DNA of 64,000 nt from Bacteroidota bacterium (lineage in GTDB: Bacteria; Bacteroidota; Ignavibacteria; UBA10030; UBA8401). The notes beneath the pieces are model-generated. The model was not told where the DNA came from. It worked only from the letters and a program-made list of their open reading frames with translations, and searched no databases. The position numbers were made by a program, and so were the translations under genes. Location of the stretch: positions 6,934 through 70,933 of the forward strand of contig JAJYOK010000001.1 in NCBI GenBank assembly GCA_021796215.1, in the 5' to 3' direction. Below are positions 48,454 to 57,426 of the stretch, one piece after another; the stretch's first letter is position 1; each line of letters begins with the position of its first letter.

Positions 48454-49566
48454 TTGACAACCAAAAACCAGAGCAGCGTCCTTCCCGCAAAAAAAGCGGG
48501 AAGCCGTTTTTATCTCACCAGTGAAAAGATGAATAAGTCAGTAACATTGTTGCACGATAAATTATTTTCCTCTTACAATTCTCCGAAAAGTAAATTACTT
48601 TCCGGTCAGCCCTCTGAAAATTTGGCGGAACTTTCGGTTGCACTTCTTGAACAGCAAAAAATGTCGTGGCAGCAATTGATTGACGGTTATGCCGCGTTAA
48701 GTTCTGTCCGCACGCGCGAGATTCAGTGCAATGGATTTTCTGTCCGATTGCAGTTTAATCCGCGGCGCATTGTCAGCAGCGGTGCGAAGGTGGATGTAAA
48801 ATCGATCAGCGAACGGAAATGTTTTTTGTGTGTTGAAAACCTTCCCGCAGAACAAAAGGGAGTGCTGTACCGTGAAGAGTTTCTCGTCTTATGTAATCCT
48901 GCGCCAATTTTTGCACAGCATTACACAATCTCCAATATCAAACATCTTCCGCAGGCGATAGAAAATTATAGCGCCACATTACTCTCGCTTGCGAAAGATT
49001 TCAGCGCGCGCTTCACCGTATTTTACAACGGACCGAAATGCGGTGCGTCAGCGCCGGACCACATGCACTTTCAGTCGAGTCCGAGCGGTGTTATTCCGGT
49101 AGAACGGGATGCAGAAGATGCCGCGCGGCGAATGTTGATCAAAACTGTGAACGATGTTGCCGTTCTTCGATTGAAAAATTACGGGCGTGAAGTTGTTTTG
49201 CTGGAAGGAAAAGATTCCGAATCGCTAAATGCCTTGCTTCTTAAATTCATTGACGTAATGCGGCGGAAAACTTCTCAGCCTTCGGCCGAATCTGTCGAAG
49301 AGCCGATGTTGAATATTCTTTGCTCGTATCACAGTGGAATGTGGCGGGTGATTATTTTTCCGCGCCGCAAGCATCGCCCGGATGTTTATTTTCTTGAAGG
49401 TGAAAAGAAAATATTGATCAGTCCTGCATCGGTTGATATTGGCGGCTTGGTAGTTACGCCAATTGAAAAGGACTTCCTTTCTGTGGATGCGGCGCTGATT
49501 GAAAGCATCTTCAAAGAAGTTTCTGCAGAACGGGCGATCGTTGATCGAATCGTTGAAGAGTTGTGA
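48454..49566 (+). CDS. DUF4922 protein (HxHxQ nucleoside-diphosphate-sugar/Ap4A phosphorylase-like)
   Basis: QFNPRRIVSSGA, CFLC..NLP.EQ, LCNP.PIF..H.TI, FYNGPKCGASAPDHMHFQ; start may be 48528. Confidence 0.85.
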   Translation: MTTKNQSSVLPAKKAGSRFYLTSEKMNKSVTLLHDKLFSSYNSPKSKLLSGQPSENLAELSVALLEQQKMSWQQLIDGYAALSSVRTREIQCNGFSVRLQFNPRRIVSSGAKVDVKSISERKCFLCVENLPAEQKGVLYREEFLVLCNPAPIFAQHYTISNIKHLPQAIENYSATLLSLAKDFSARFTVFYNGPKCGASAPDHMHFQSSPSGVIPVERDAEDAARRMLIKTVNDVAVLRLKNYGREVVLLEGKDSESLNALLLKFIDVMRRKTSQPSAESVEEPMLNILCSYHSGMWRVIIFPRRKHRPDVYFLEGEKKILISPASVDIGGLVVTPIEKDFLSVDAALIESIFKEVSAERAIVDRIVEEL

Positions 49567-49601
49567 AATGTTTTTTTCGGAAAGCTATCTTTTGCATTGC
49601 A

Positions 49602-49673
49602 GGATTATTGGATAAATGGACTGATGGAAAGCCCCTACTTCATTATTCCAATAATTCAAAAATCCATCAATCC
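49602..49673. repeat. Octamer-periodic inverted-repeat element
   Basis: ggattatt-ggataaat-ggactgat-ggaaagcc ... attattcc-aataattc-aaaaatcc-atcaatcc. Confidence 0.65.
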
Positions 49674-49705
49674 ACCTTCGTGGTTCTTCGAGGATAACAA
49701 AGTTT

Positions 49706-51079
49706 ATGATCACATCTGAACCTAAAATCAAAGTCGGAATTTTTGAGCACCGGGCAAAAGTGCACGGCATATTCAACGGTAAATTTCTCGTCGGAGGCGT
49801 TTCTGTTGCCGGCGAATTTCGCGCCCGAGTTGAATCCGGAATGGTTATCCTTGAGCAAGTAGTGCCGCCCTACGGTGTTGAAAACAAAACGATCGCAAAA
49901 GCGAAGGAAATTCATTGTGCTCATACAGAAGGGACCACATTCACGCTGCACGAGGTGACGATCGGAATTTCTTTTCACTGGGAACGGAACGAGAGCCAGA
50001 CATTTCAGGGCGACCTTGTTTTGATTCTGCGCGATGATGGAACGATCACAGCGATCAACGAAATTTCAGTTGAAGAATATCTTGCGAGCGTGATTTCCTC
50101 AGAGATGAGCGCGGAAGCGCCAGCGGAATTATTGAAAGCGCATGCGATCACTTCGCGAAGCTGGCTGGTGGCAATGCTGGAACGCGAAAAAAAGAAAAGC
50201 GGTTCGCGTATTCACCCGCGCGATATGGTGCGTGAAATTGAAAATCACGCCACTGTGCCTGGCGAACTTATCCGCTGGTACGACCGCGAAGACCACGATC
50301 TCTTTGATGTATGCGCCGACGATCATTGCCAGCGGTACCAAGGCATCACGAAAATTATTTCAAAAAGCGCGGGGGAAGCGATTGACGAAACGTGCGGAAT
50401 GTTCATTGTGTACGATAATGAAATTTGCGATGCACGGTTTTACAAATCGTGCGGCGGATTGTCGGAAGAATTTCAGAATGCATGGGAAGATGTTCACGTT
50501 CCGTATCTGACGTGTGTCGCCGACCTGCCTGCCGGCAGGCAAGGTTCACCTGTTCGTCATCCGCATATTCGAACAGAAAGTGACGCCGAGCGTTGGGTGC
50601 TCTCTTCTCCTGATGCATATTGCAACACCACTGACGGAAATATTCTTCGCCAAATTCTTCCTTCGTTCGATCAGGAAACGACCGATTTCTTCCGCTGGAA
50701 AGTTGAATACACGCGCGAAGAATTGAGCGAGATTGTCCTCACAAAATCGGGAATTGATTTTGGTGAAATAAAAAATCTCGTTCCCGTTCAGCGCGGGCCA
50801 TCGGGGCGGCTGATTAAACTGAAAATTGAAGGGACAAAGAAAACGCTTGTCGTCGGAAAGGAATTGGAAATTCGCCGCTGGCTTTCGAAGAGCCATCTTT
50901 ATAGTTCAGCATTTATTGTCCGTAAAGAATCTGATAAATTTATTTTGATCGGCGCCGGATGGGGACATGGCGTTGGCTTGTGCCAGATCGGCGCGGCAGT
51001 GATGGCGGCAAAAGGATTTCGAGCAGAAGAAATTGTGAAACATTATTTTCATGGAGTGGAATTGAAGAAGCTGTACTGA
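49706..51079 (+). CDS. SpoIID/LytB domain protein (lytic transglycosylase-like)
   Basis: EEYLASVISSEM, LKAHAI..RS, CADDHCQRYQG, RGPSGR, GAGWGHGVGLCQ.GA. Confidence 0.92.
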   Translation: MITSEPKIKVGIFEHRAKVHGIFNGKFLVGGVSVAGEFRARVESGMVILEQVVPPYGVENKTIAKAKEIHCAHTEGTTFTLHEVTIGISFHWERNESQTFQGDLVLILRDDGTITAINEISVEEYLASVISSEMSAEAPAELLKAHAITSRSWLVAMLEREKKKSGSRIHPRDMVREIENHATVPGELIRWYDREDHDLFDVCADDHCQRYQGITKIISKSAGEAIDETCGMFIVYDNEICDARFYKSCGGLSEEFQNAWEDVHVPYLTCVADLPAGRQGSPVRHPHIRTESDAERWVLSSPDAYCNTTDGNILRQILPSFDQETTDFFRWKVEYTREELSEIVLTKSGIDFGEIKNLVPVQRGPSGRLIKLKIEGTKKTLVVGKELEIRRWLSKSHLYSSAFIVRKESDKFILIGAGWGHGVGLCQIGAAVMAAKGFRAEEIVKHYFHGVELKKLY

Positions 51080-51080
51080 A

Positions 51081-51626
51081 AAAATGTGAAATGGAAAATG
51101 GAAGATGGAATTCTAATCCACTAGATGAAATTTTCTGAAAGGAATTCAAACAATGGATTCTAAGACGCAGGCTTTGTTGGACAGAACGTTTGAGTATGGG
51201 GTAAAAGTTTTGAAGTTTTTGGTAACGTTACCTTCCAATGATGGTTTCAGGGTTCTGAAATATCAACTTACAAAGTCATCAACATCCATTGGTGCGAACT
51301 ATGAAGAAGCACAAGCAGCAGAATCGAAAGATGATTTCATTCACAAAGTTGCAATCTCTTTAAAAGAGGCGCGGGAATCGCATTATTGGCTGAGGGTGTT
51401 GCGTGCTTTAATCTCAACTCCTTCCAAACAAAAAATTTTAGACAATTTTATTACCGAAGCGGCAGAATACAAAAGTATTTTTTCTTCAATCAGAGTTTCA
51501 GCAATGAAAAACAGGGGAATAAACAAAACGGAAAATGGAAGGCGGTAAATGGAAGATAGACAAAAGATGAGGTCTGCGAATTATCTGTCATCTGTTTTCC
51601 ATCTACCATTTTCCATCTCACATTTT
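51081..51626. mobile_element. Four-helix-bundle gene enclosed by 30-bp heptamer-built inverted repeats
   Basis: 51081-51110 and 51597-51626 are reverse complements at 28/30 positions; mobility is inferred, not shown. Confidence 0.5.
51153..51548 (+). CDS. Four helix bundle protein (23S rRNA IVS-type family)
   Basis: L..RT..Y, QL.KSSTSIGANYEEAQ.AES..DFIHK..ISLKEARES.YWL. Confidence 0.92.
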   Translation: MDSKTQALLDRTFEYGVKVLKFLVTLPSNDGFRVLKYQLTKSSTSIGANYEEAQAAESKDDFIHKVAISLKEARESHYWLRVLRALISTPSKQKILDNFITEAAEYKSIFSSIRVSAMKNRGINKTENGRR

Positions 51627-51643
51627 TTGCCAAAGGAGATTGT

Positions 51644-52930
51644 ATGAGTAATGCCAAATTGTTGTATCGAAATCCCTGGGTGTGGGTGCCATCGCTCTAT
51701 CTTGCCGAAGGATTGCCGTACGTTGTTGTGATGACCGTTTCGGTGATCATGTACAAGCGCCTCGGCATTTCGAATACCGATATTGCGCTCTATACAAGCT
51801 GGCTTTATTTGCCGTGGGTCATCAAACCGCTTTGGAGTCCCTTTGTTGATATGTTCCGGACGAAGCGGCTTTGGATCATTTCAATGCAATTTCTCGTCGG
51901 CGTTTCGCTGGCGGGAGTGGCGCTGACAATTCCGACATCGCATTTCTTTCAGTACACACTCGCTGTGTTCTGGCTGATGGCGTTCAGCTCTGCGACGCAC
52001 GATATTTCTGCCGATGGATTTTATATGCTCGGACTTCAACAGCACGAGCAGGCGGCATTCGTCGGCGTGCGCAGTACATTCTACCGCATTGCAATGATTA
52101 TGGCGCAAGGCGGATTCGTTGTGCTTGCGGGTTCTCTTGAACAAAGCACCGGCGGCAACATCAAGCTTGCGTGGCTTATCACGCTGTTTGTGCTCGCGGC
52201 GTTGATGCTCGTTTTGTTTGTCTATCACCGTTTCTTTCTGCCGTATCCCGCGTCGGATTGTCCTGCGAAAAGAGATGCAACGCAGACTGTGTTCGGCGAA
52301 TTTCTCAGTATCTTTGCAAAGTTTTTCAAAAGGAAAGGCATCGTTTCTATTCTTGCGTTCCTTCTCTTGTATCGTTTTGCCGAAGCACAGTTGGTGAAAC
52401 TTGTCACGCCGTTTTTGCTAGACCCGGTTTCGAAAGGCGGGCTTGGCTTGACGACAAGCGAAGTCGGCGTGGTGTACGGAACGGTCGGAATTATTGCGCT
52501 GACACTCGGCGGACTGTTAGGAGGATATGTGATCTCGCGGCAAGGATTGAAATTCTGGCTGTGGCCCATGGTGCTCATCATTCATTTGCCCGATCTTGTA
52601 TTCGTGTATCTTTCGCAAGTGCAGCCGCAGAATTTTCTCATCGTCAATATCGGCGTTGCGGTTGAGCAATTCGGTTACGGATTTGGATTTACTGCGTACA
52701 TGATGTACATGATTCTTATTTCAGAAGGGGAACACAAAACAGCGCACTATGCAATCTGTACCGGCATTATGGCGCTTGGGATGATGCTGCCGGGAATGTT
52801 CAGCGGATGGCTGGAAGATTTAATTGGCTATCAGCATTTCTTTTTGTGGGTGATTCTTGCGACTGTGCCGGGATTTCTTGTTGCATTGTTAGTGAAGGTT
52901 GATCCGGAGTTCGGGAGGAAGAAAGAGTAA
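51644..52930 (+). CDS. ampG: AmpG-family muropeptide MFS transporter
   Basis: LYLAEGLPY, PW..KPLWSPFVD, SATHDISADG, 12 TM helices. Confidence 0.85.
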   Translation: MSNAKLLYRNPWVWVPSLYLAEGLPYVVVMTVSVIMYKRLGISNTDIALYTSWLYLPWVIKPLWSPFVDMFRTKRLWIISMQFLVGVSLAGVALTIPTSHFFQYTLAVFWLMAFSSATHDISADGFYMLGLQQHEQAAFVGVRSTFYRIAMIMAQGGFVVLAGSLEQSTGGNIKLAWLITLFVLAALMLVLFVYHRFFLPYPASDCPAKRDATQTVFGEFLSIFAKFFKRKGIVSILAFLLLYRFAEAQLVKLVTPFLLDPVSKGGLGLTTSEVGVVYGTVGIIALTLGGLLGGYVISRQGLKFWLWPMVLIIHLPDLVFVYLSQVQPQNFLIVNIGVAVEQFGYGFGFTAYMMYMILISEGEHKTAHYAICTGIMALGMMLPGMFSGWLEDLIGYQHFFLWVILATVPGFLVALLVKVDPEFGRKKE

Positions 52931-52944
52931 AACGGTGGGCAACG

Positions 52945-53427
52945 GTGAACAAAGATGTTGTGTGCTGTTTTACCGGACAGCCTGTCCGCCGGAGCGGTAG
53001 CGTAGGCGGAGAGTTTGATTTGGAAACGAGCGTGCACAACTTCAGAGCGAGAATGTATGACGACACGTTGAATATTTTCTATGCCATGGACCCGGGAAAT
53101 CAATCATTCTCGCAGTTCGGTTACGTCGGTGGAAACCCGGTAATGCGTGTTGGTTCTACGGGGAGAGTATGGTGGTTAACGGCACTGGAGGTTATTAGAG
53201 ACATTTACACAGTGTATTCGGCAGCAAGTATGGTGTATACCACTGCTCAAGCGATACAGTCCGGAGATTTAGGAAATATAATTCAAGCGGGGATGCATGA
53301 TGTGTTTAGTCTTGCAGGGATGGGAGCTGCCGGAGCGGAACCGGAAGAATTCCATCTGAGTGACTGGATCGAGGAATTGTATTGTTTCAAGGCCAGAATA
53401 CAGAATACCTATGGGAAAAAACTATAG
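52945..53427 (+). pseudogene. Degenerate RHS core fragment with C-terminal extension
   Basis: FTGQ[10-aa insert]EFD...HNFRARMYD...DP...Y.GGNPV..V.STG (DPxG motif degraded). Confidence 0.7.
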
Positions 53428-53442
53428 AATATTGGAGGTAAT

Positions 53443-53943
53443 ATGGTGACGAAGATCAAGTTTATTTTATACGTTATCGTTTTGAGCTTTATCGGTGCCT
53501 CGTACCAGGCTCTCGGCCACAGAGACATTTCTGAGCTTGGTGAATTTGAAATCAAATTACAGGTTTCCACCAATTTAAGTGTGAAGTGTTTTATAAAGGT
53601 CATTAAATATTCTGCAGACATGTCTCACAATAGATGTTGGGGAAGTGATTGGTCCGATCCCCGCACTGTTATAGGTGAGCTAAAAATTTGGATAAATAAC
53701 AAAGAGATAATTGTTCCGCTATCTTCCTACGCTGATCTTTCAAACATAAATTGGGCGAGCCTAAAGGATGTGCACGAAGGCTACCGCCTTCATATTAAGG
53801 GAGGCGATGCGGCTTCAAGTTATGATGCAACAATAGATTTTGATGAGATAGGACTGTTTGGTCGTGAAGTGCACAATGGAGAAGAACCGAAGGTTGACTG
53901 GGAGAAAACGATCTATTCTAGAGACACAACTTCAATCTATTGA
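53443..53943 (+). CDS. Hypothetical secreted protein, putative immunity protein
   Basis: RBS ggagg; signal peptide; directly follows the RHS fragment; AT-rich. Confidence 0.6.
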   Translation: MVTKIKFILYVIVLSFIGASYQALGHRDISELGEFEIKLQVSTNLSVKCFIKVIKYSADMSHNRCWGSDWSDPRTVIGELKIWINNKEIIVPLSSYADLSNINWASLKDVHEGYRLHIKGGDAASSYDATIDFDEIGLFGREVHNGEEPKVDWEKTIYSRDTTSIY

Positions 53944-53970
53944 AAAGAAAATCTGAGGAAGTATGACCAT

Positions 53971-54963
53971 ATGGAAGCATTCACTGGTCAGGAATTGGAT
54001 GGAGAGCTTGGGCTTTATAACTTTAGAGCCAGAGATTACGATCCGGCGCTCAAAATCTTCTACGCTTCCGACCCGGCTAGTGAAGACTTTTCGCCGTATA
54101 TGTATGTCGGCGGAAATCCGGTTATGCTCATTGACCCAACCGGAATGGACGATGCTCTTCCTGACTGGCCCGGCATTACATTACCCGGAGTAACCGTGTA
54201 TGCCGATCCCACAACCCAAACTCCACCAAGCTTTTTGGATTTAGCAAATCAAATTGGTGTAAGTGACTGGCAATACTTAATGCAGAATTCAAGCGCGTTT
54301 AGGGCGTGGGTATCCCGAGGAAACACAGATATACCTAAACAACCTATTATATTTATGTCAAGAGATTTCGCACAACCACATTCATTCCCATATTTTGATC
54401 CGAGACTCTTGGATGATGTGAGCGCGGTGAATCCGATGGGATTGCCGATTTATGGATTACCTACTATTCCCACAATAGTTGCTTCCGTTCACATAGATCC
54501 GCAAGTGTGGGTGCTGGGGTCCGGTCCGAATAAAAACTTAGGATTAGATGCGGGTGAAACAACTTTATCTATTATTTCTGCTTCTGTGTATAACGAAGCA
54601 GTAACGTTAGGCAAGAACCTAAGATATTATAAAACAGGCCCCATAGGGAACGCTGTGAGAATGAGTGAAACTGCTGCACAGGAATTAGTGAAACCAATAG
54701 GAAAAGTGATTCATGGCGCTAATGTCATTCAAGGTGTGGCAACTATTATGGATGATAAATTGACGTGGGGTTTAAAGGGACTAAAATTGAGCAGTTTATA
54801 TGTCAGCAGTGCCTTGGCAACGCCGCTTGTTGGCATAGGAATTTCTGTAGCTACTGATTATGCCATTAGCTCTGAATTAAGCGCAAGACAGTATAGCCGC
54901 ACACATTTTGTGGTTGGGAGTGGTAGTACAAGTGTTTCTATTCCTAAGCCGGGAGAAAGATAA
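53971..54963 (+). CDS. Orphan RHS core plus C-terminal toxin-like tip
   Basis: FTGQELD.ELGLYNFRARDYDP...DPASE.FSPYMYVGGNPVMLIDPTG followed by about 270 aa of unrelated sequence. Confidence 0.82.
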   Translation: MEAFTGQELDGELGLYNFRARDYDPALKIFYASDPASEDFSPYMYVGGNPVMLIDPTGMDDALPDWPGITLPGVTVYADPTTQTPPSFLDLANQIGVSDWQYLMQNSSAFRAWVSRGNTDIPKQPIIFMSRDFAQPHSFPYFDPRLLDDVSAVNPMGLPIYGLPTIPTIVASVHIDPQVWVLGSGPNKNLGLDAGETTLSIISASVYNEAVTLGKNLRYYKTGPIGNAVRMSETAAQELVKPIGKVIHGANVIQGVATIMDDKLTWGLKGLKLSSLYVSSALATPLVGIGISVATDYAISSELSARQYSRTHFVVGSGSTSVSIPKPGER

Positions 54964-54964
54964 A

Positions 54965-55363
54965 ATGAAAATTTGGAAATATTTGTATTGCTTAAATTAT
55001 AAAATTGGGATCAAATTTAACAAAACAGACCCTGAATTCGCCTCGACTATCGGTATGACTCTTATTTTCACTTTCAACGTATTAACAATTAAAAATATTT
55101 TTGCAATGATAATCGGTAGGACTCTTTTTTTCGAAGATAAGAAAATAGACGGGTTGCTTATTTTAGCGGCATCATTTATTCTACAATACTTTATTTTTTT
55201 ACGAGACAAAAAATACAAAAAAATATTAACGGAGTTTGAAGCTAGATCGAAAAAAGGCTCAATATTAGATTATGTTTTTCTAATCTTAGTAGTAATTGCA
55301 ACATTTTCTTTGTGGATTTATACAGATTCTATTCTTACTGAAATGCTTGCTATGCCAAAATGA
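54965..55363 (+). CDS. Small 3-TM membrane protein, putative cognate immunity protein
   Basis: Starts 1 nt after the toxin stop; very AT-rich; three hydrophobic helices. Confidence 0.65.
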   Translation: MKIWKYLYCLNYKIGIKFNKTDPEFASTIGMTLIFTFNVLTIKNIFAMIIGRTLFFEDKKIDGLLILAASFILQYFIFLRDKKYKKILTEFEARSKKGSILDYVFLILVVIATFSLWIYTDSILTEMLAMPK

Positions 55364-55368
55364 TCTAA

Positions 55369-55710
55369 TTGTTTTTCCCAGCGCAAACTGTTACCGATAA
55401 GTATTACATATATGGACTGACGGGACTTATTGCTGTTGTTGATGGAGGAAACACGTTCTTTACCGTGAAAGACTATCTTGGCTCGACAAGGGTTATATTG
55501 ACAAGCTCGAATGTTCCCGTAACGTGGTACGACTACACACCGTACGGCGTCCGGTGGCGCACAACGGTGAACAAAGATCTTGTGTACCGTTTTACGGGAC
55601 AGGAGTTTGATACCAAGATAGGTTTGCATAACTTTAGGGCAAGAATGTATGACAGCAACGTAGGAAAGTTTTCATTTCGTTCCCAATGTCCCGTTGGAAA
55701 CGAAATATGA
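55369..55710 (+). pseudogene. Truncated RHS core fragment
   Basis: KDYLGSTRV, YDYTPYG, YRFTGQEFD, HNFRARMYD; ends at a REP palindrome before DPxG. Confidence 0.78.
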
Positions 55711-55819
55711 GTGGAGCTCTGCTTCCTTAGCATAAAGATTCTGTTCTGCATGACTCGCAGCATAGATATGAACCAGAGCTTCACAGATTGAGGTTCCCAA
55801 ACTCTGTTAGGGAACAAGA
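55677..55819. repeat. REP doublet (REPIN-like, GTTCCCA...GGGAAC family)
   Basis: cgttcccaa..ttggaaacg; inner gtggagctctgcttc / gaaccagagcttcac; gttcccaa..agggaac. Confidence 0.7.
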
Positions 55820-55911
55820 TGAACAATTATTGAAACCGAGGTGTTACCGGCATTGTAGTTGCATTTCATTGTTGTTATATTTCTGCCGGATGTTGAAAGG
55901 AGGTTGCAGCC

Positions 55912-56328
55912 ATGAAAACGTTTCTTCTTGTTTCTTCCGCTTTCCTGATTTCATTTCTTCTCAGTTGCTCTCAAAGCACCTCGCCAAACGGCGGTGTGCC
56001 TCAGATTTATGGTACGTGGCAATGGTATAGAACAACGGGCGGGTTCGGCGGTACTAATACAACACCCGAGTCCTGCGGATGCACGGCAAAAGCAGTTTTC
56101 AAGCCGGAAGGTGTTGCTCAGTTCTTCCAGAACGATACGCTTGCAAACCAATATCCATTCACGATCATAAGGGATACAACGTATGGGCGGGAAAATTATC
56201 TGCTCCATGTGGAGAGCGGCACGCACTACCCGGATCAGCTCATCAATATTTCATCACAAGGCGACACTTTAGTGTTGGCCGATTATTGCACGGACTGTTT
56301 TACACATTTTTATGTGAGAATTCAGTGA
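55912..56328 (+). CDS. Hypothetical lipoprotein (lipocalin-like)
   Basis: Lipobox LLSC; GTWQW..TTGGFGG; DYCTDCF. Confidence 0.75.
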   Translation: MKTFLLVSSAFLISFLLSCSQSTSPNGGVPQIYGTWQWYRTTGGFGGTNTTPESCGCTAKAVFKPEGVAQFFQNDTLANQYPFTIIRDTTYGRENYLLHVESGTHYPDQLINISSQGDTLVLADYCTDCFTHFYVRIQ

Positions 56329-56359
56329 AGAGGGACATACATAATTAAAGTAATCTGAG

Positions 56360-56737
56360 ATGACAACAATGAAATCTATCCAAGACATCAAAAGAGAATA
56401 CAAAGAACGGAAAAAGCCCGCAGGTGTTTTTATGGTGAAGAATGCCGCCAACGGAAAAGTTCTTCTCGGAAGCAGTTTGAATCTTGAAGGTCCGCTGAAT
56501 GGTCACAAGTTTATGCTGACAACCGGCAGTCACCGCAACGAAGCGCTTCAGAAGGATTGGAATACTTATGGCGCTGATAAATTTGCCTTCGAGATTTTGG
56601 AAGTTGTGAAAGTGAAAGACGATCCGGATTTTAATCTCGAAGATGAGCTGACATTGCTCGAACAAATCTGGATTGAGAAGCTTCAGCCGTTTGGAGAAGG
56701 CGGATACAACACCGAGCCGAATATTAGGCAGGCGTGA
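56360..56737 (+). CDS. GIY-YIG nuclease family protein
   Basis: GVF.VKN..NGK..LGSS.NL, H.N..LQ.DW..YG...F.FEILE. Confidence 0.82.
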   Translation: MTTMKSIQDIKREYKERKKPAGVFMVKNAANGKVLLGSSLNLEGPLNGHKFMLTTGSHRNEALQKDWNTYGADKFAFEILEVVKVKDDPDFNLEDELTLLEQIWIEKLQPFGEGGYNTEPNIRQA

Positions 56738-56742
56738 AAGAG

Positions 56743-56886
56743 CAAATTCTAAATGCGAATTTATAAACTCTAAACAAATTCTAATGAACAAAAATTTAAA
56801 CTCTTCGCGCGTTACAAGGACTTGTTGTTTTCGAAATTTGAATTTTGATATTGTTTAGGATTTCGAATTTAGTGCTGCGGATTTTA
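56743..56886. repeat. AT-rich heptamer-periodic inverted-repeat element
   Basis: aaattctaaatgcgaatttataaactctaaacaaattc ... gaattttgatattgtttaggatttcgaatttagtgctgcggatttt. Confidence 0.65.
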
Positions 56887-56919
56887 TTGACTAAAAAGTT
56901 TATCAGCAGAACCAATCAC

Positions 56920-57270
56920 ATGTACGAATCACGTCACCAAAAGCCGATAACTCCCCGCCATTTCCGGCGGCGTGTGTTGAATCATTTTCTCATCGCTTCC
57001 GCATTAATTATCGGCTCGCTGCTGTTGGGGATGTGCGGCTATCATTTTTTTGAAAATCTTTCGTGGACGGATTCGTTTCTCAACGCATCAATGCTGTTAG
57101 GCGGAATGGGTCCGGTCGAATCGCCGCAGACAGAGTGGGGAAAATTATTTGCCGGTTTTTATGCGCTGTATGCCGGATTGGTGTTTCTTATTGCTGTAGG
57201 AATTATCGCGGCTCCCGTTTTCCACCGGATGCTGCATTTGTTCCACTGGAGCGACAAAGAGAATCTTTAA
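56920..57270 (+). CDS. Small two-TM protein (ion-channel-like fold)
   Basis: GM.GYH.FE..SW.DSFLNASMLLGGMG...T..GKLFAG.YAL. Confidence 0.78.
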   Translation: MYESRHQKPITPRHFRRRVLNHFLIASALIIGSLLLGMCGYHFFENLSWTDSFLNASMLLGGMGPVESPQTEWGKLFAGFYALYAGLVFLIAVGIIAAPVFHRMLHLFHWSDKENL

Positions 57271-57426
57271 ATCGCTGAGCCGTTAGGATGAATCTTCTGC
57301 TCAACTTCTTAAATACTCAACGACGTATCTTCCCACTGTTTTCTTGCTTCTCTTCGCATTACTTCGTACTTTGAGTCGTCATTTAAGGATTTCTTCAGTC
57401 AAAAGGGCTCCTTTGGAAAATTTTTC

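Noticed and set aside
56360-56737. GIY-YIG protein as a homing endonuclease in an intron
   Set aside because: Free-standing short ORF; no interrupted host gene or intron structure around it
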